This document shows positions 60,053-64,000 of a stretch of DNA of 64,000 bases, one piece after another. Position numbers and translations under genes: made by a program. The DNA is taken from positions 9,610,001 to 9,674,000 of the forward strand of contig JBHGNT010000011.1 of the NCBI GenBank assembly GCA_043228905.1. The letters run 5' to 3'. This DNA is from Azolla caroliniana (Eukaryota; Plantae; Polypodiophyta). A model generated the notes under the pieces. That model was not told the origin of the DNA, did no database searches, and saw only the letters and a program-made list of their open reading frames with translations. Within the stretch, counting starts at the first letter, position 1. The number at the start of each line of letters is the position of its first letter.

Positions 60053-61450
60053 TGTAACACTCCCCCTCAAGCGGGTGAGTAGGTATTTTTCAATCCTAGC
60101 TTGGATAGAATTGTTTGAGATGTTGGATTTCTCAATCTTTTTGTGAGTGTGTCTGCCAACTGTTGTTGTGAGGGAATGTAAGTGCCAACCAACTGCTATT
60201 TAGTTTGGGATTGCTATGTGAATGTAAGTGCATTGATCATTCAACTAAATATGACCTTGTTATGTTATGAGTAACCATGTATGTCATATTCGTATTATTT
60301 AAAAAGAGTAACTTAAATGTTGAAGGACATCTTGATGAGAAATTAATGATAGAACACTAGTTTGTAATGCATGCCTATTTCATTTCATGTCCGCATGTGA
60401 TGCTTATATCTTCTTGTGAATTGAAATATGTGGACAGATAGCTAGAGCTATTGATTTTGATCAAACATGTGGTGAAAGCACCTAAAATTTTATTTCAAGA
60501 AAGGGCTTGCGAAGAGGTAAACTGCTTTGGTGCCTGTCAATGATATAACTGACATTCTTGGCTTCGTTCATTTGTATATGTTATGCTTTACTTCTCCCAA
60601 AATTCTGAAGCATGTTTGTAGTGGTAAGATGGAACCCAAGCTCATCGGAGTAGGGATCTCCTTCTCAGATCTGGTTGTAGCTTCAAGTAAAGGGTTTCTA
60701 TGATTAATTTGTTTATTGTATGTCTTGGTTTTGTTATTGATTCCCATGCCCGTGGCACATTTTGTCGTAGAGTCTGATAGTACTGGGGTTGGTTCGCTTT
60801 CTTGACGGGTTCTATTGCGCGTCTTGATGGTATATTAGGGTTCTTCATCAAATTTTCTAGAAAGTGTCTTTTCCTCCTCAAGGTCTTCCATTGAGTGGAC
60901 TTCGTCGCCCAGCTTGCATCGGTGTGTGTTTGTTTTAAAGTTTTCCTTTGTAATTCGTATCAACTAGTGTCTATTTCTTTTTCCGTTGTGGCTGCCATGT
61001 GTTGAAAGATGTGCTTGGGACATACTATTGCTTTGCCCTTGCCTTTATGGAGATGTATCATGGCCCGCTTCTCAGTGAATTCGATGGTGGGCCCATTGTT
61101 GGTAGCTTGTCCAACTGACAGTAAGTGTTTTGCTACTCTAGGTACATAATACACATGTGTAATTTTTATGTGATTATCGTTTGCCATTATCAAACAAATG
61201 TTACCTTTTCCCACTCCTAGTTTCTGTCCATTGTCTCGGAATACAACCCTAAGTGGGGTTGGTAGTTCTTGATACTCCTCCAGCCAATCCTTCCGATAAG
61301 TAAGATGGTGTGTAGCACCCGTATGGAGAAACCATGTATCATGATCTCGTTTCTTTCCCCGTCCATCAGTATTGATGTGGTATGCTTGGATGAATATACT
61401 TCTTCATTGTGGTCTCATTGCTACGGATTTTGTTTTCACTTGTCTATTTA
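60053..61450 (-). mobile_element. Highly degenerate copia remnant (protease ~61000-61350; RNase H end and PPT ~60053-60200)
   Basis: WFLHTGATHHLT...VYYVPRVAKHLLSVGQ; IPSQQQLADTLTK; CTTGAGGGGGAG TGTTACA on the minus strand. Confidence 0.7.
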
Positions 61451-61499
61451 TATTTGTGATTGAGATGCAGTTATATCTTCCTTGTTTACGCCCTGATGG

Positions 61500-63463
61500 C
61501 ATGTCTTAGTGGTAAGTATGAACACTACTCGTCATTTTATGCACTTCTTAGTCTACTTTTCTTTAAATTTGTAATTCATATACAACTTTTTCTTGATTGT
61601 ATTCTACTTGTAGGCATGTCTTATTACTATAGATTTTGTTTTCACCCCTTATATGAATTCTGATTTTGTCTTCTATACATATAGGTTTGGTTCAGAGTAA
61701 AGCCGTGTGAAGTTGGCATTGAACAAGAACTTATGTCTTGGTTTTGGTAAGAGCAACTGCCTCTGTCTGGATAGCATCTATCCAAGAATCCTTTGGTGTG
61801 TTCCAAAGTGCTTTGAGAGGCCTTCTGTGGTGTTATACATGTCACTTAATAGTTTTACGTTTTTCTTGCCCGCTTTTTTATTGTTTTCTAACGCCTCATC
61901 GTCATCATCAGAATCGTCATCTTCTGATCTGATTATATTAGGTTTGCCTCCTTTCTTTTTATCTTGTTTTGTTATAGATGTCATGTCTTAGTGGTAAGTA
62001 GGAACACTGCTCATCATTTTATACAATTGTTAGTCTAATTTTCTGTATATTTGTAATTCGTATGCAGCTTTGTCTTCATGGTATTCTACTTGTAGGCATG
62101 TCCTATTGCTATGGATTTTGTTTTCACCCCTAATATGATGAATTCTGATTTTGCCTTTCGTACATATAGGTTTGGTTCAGAGTAAAGCCGTGTAGAGTTG
62201 GCATTGAACAAGAACTTATGTCTTGTTTTTGGTCAGAGCAGTTGCCTCCGTCTGGATAGCATCTATCCAAGATTCCTTTTGTGTGTTCCAGAGCGCTTTG
62301 AGATGCCTTCTATGGTGTTATAGATGTCACTGAATAGTTTTATGTTTTTCTTGCCCGCTTTTTTTTTGTTTTCTAACGCCTCATATTCGTTACGACGTTC
62401 ATCATTAGAATCTTCGTCTTCTGATATGATTATATTAGGTTTGCCTCCTTTTTTTTATCTTGTTTTGTTATAGATGTCATGTCTTAGTGGTAAGTAGGAA
62501 CACTGCTCGTCATTTTATACAATTGTTAGTCTAATTTTCTGAATATTTGTAATTCGTATGCAACTTTGTCTTCATGGTATTCTACCTATAGGCATCTCTT
62601 ATTGCTATAGATTTTGTTTTCACCCCTAATATGAGGAATTCTGATTTTTCCTTCCGTACATATAGGTTTAGTTCAGAATAAAGCCATGTAGAGTTGGCAT
62701 TGAACAAGAACTTATGTCTTGTTTTTGGTAAGAGCAACTGCCTCCGTCCGGATAGCATCTATCCAAGATTCCTTTTGTGTGTTCCGGAGCACTTTGAGAG
62801 GCCTTTTGTGGTGTTATAGATGTCGCATAATAGTTTTACGTTTTTCTTGCCCGCTTTTTTATTGTTTTCTAATGCCTCATCTTTGTTACAACGTTCATCA
62901 TCAGAATCTTCGTCTTCTGATCTTATTATATTAGGTTTGCCTCCTTTCTTTTTATCTTGTTTTGTTATAGATGGCATGTCTTAGTGGTAAGTAGGAAGAT
63001 TGCTCGTCATTTTATACAATTGTTAGTCTAATTTTCTGTATATTTGTAATTCGTATGTAACTTTGTCTTCACGGTATTCTACTTGTAGGCATGTCTTATT
63101 GCTATGGAATTTGTTTTCACCCCTAATATGATGAATTCTGATTTTTTCTTCTGTACATATAGGTTTGGTTCAGAGTAAAGTCGTGTGAAGTTGGCATTGA
63201 ACAAGAACTTATGTCTTGTTTTTGGTAAGAGGAGCTACCATCGTCTGGATAACACCTATCCAAGATTCCTTTTGTGTGTTCTGGAGCGCTTTGAGAGGCC
63301 TTCTGTGGGGTTGTAGATGTCGCTTAATAGTTTTACGTTTTTCTTGCCCGCTTTTTTATTGCTTTCTAACGTGTCATCTTTGTTACAGCGTTCATCATCT
63401 GAATCTTCGTCTTCTCATCTAATTTATCAGGTTTGCCTCCTTTCTTTTTATCTTGTTTTGTTA
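61500..63463. repeat. Tandem array of four ~482-497 bp units
   Basis: Anchor CATGTCTTAGTGGTAAG at 61500, 61982, 62478 and 62975. Confidence 0.92.
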
Positions 63464-64000
63464 GTTGAACTTGTTCCCCGTTATTTGCAGGTTCTTTGTG
63501 TCTCCCGACAGCCCCATCGGTCAATGATGGTGTAGACGACTTCGTTGCACCTTTCATGTGGTGCTCGAGTTGTGCTATCCCTCAAGGTATCCCCTTGAGT
63601 GAACTTCGTTGCCCATGCTTGCATCGGTGTGTCGCTTCTCTTCTTCCCCGTCTTGTGCTCCTTGGTCTGAGGCCTCTGTGATCCCACCTTTGTTTCACAC
63701 GCACACGTGTAAGTACGCAACATTATTTGGTGAACCTGACATGAACAAGGCGGCAGAGGAGTATGAAGAATGAGGGGAAGCGAGCTTGCGAAAGCCATGG
63801 CGGTAGCCGTTGACTGGCTAGTGAGCGCCCGTGAGGGCATGGGTACCCTGGACAGGGCCATTGAATTGATTATCGGCACGATCAGCCGATTTGATGGGAA
63901 GAACGCGACGAGTTATCTAGAGGCCTACCCGGCGTAGATGATAATGAGGGACATCCCGGAGGACAAACGATTGTTCGGATTCCCTGGGGTAGTGACTCCG
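63464..64000 (+). mobile_element. Start of a Gypsy-like LTR retroelement: LTR end at ~63722, tRNA-Trp PBS 63728-63745, degenerate gag from ~63798
   Basis: TGGTGAACCTGACATGAA versus the plant tRNA-Trp complement TGGTGAACCCGACGTGAA; Gag-like RFDGKNATSYLEAY..MIMRDIPEDKRL. Confidence 0.65.

Overview
Eukaryotic land-plant nuclear DNA. It is probably a homosporous fern; this is an inference from the style of the PLS-PPR repeats and the retroelement Gag sequences. Host genes are: (1) an intronless PLS-E class PPR gene (8979-10961, -) with a degraded PPR paralog upstream; (2) a clean 3-exon 6-phosphogluconolactonase (18187-15920, -) with a plastid transit peptide and a C-terminal -AKL peroxisomal signal; (3) a probable first exon of a Lys/Glu-rich protein (26643-27401, +) followed by more than 30 kb of nested transposons. 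Between the two divergent genes is a 6.8 kb Mutator-like element with ~170 bp TIRs, embedded in TA-rich microsatellite. It carries a Ulp1-protease remnant and a degenerate ~970-codon transposase with an unusual multi-zinc-finger architecture, including an N-terminal retroviral-integrase-like H2C2 motif. This element is the most novel-looking object in the window. The rest is a multi-layer nest of Ty1/copia elements (several with readable TSDs), hAT non-autonomous elements with 8-bp TSDs, an LTR-borne pyrimidine minisatellite, a ~497 bp tandem array apparently derived from copia pol, and the start of a tRNA-Trp-primed Gypsy-like element. Coordinates were read by eye; boundaries of degenerate elements are approximate.
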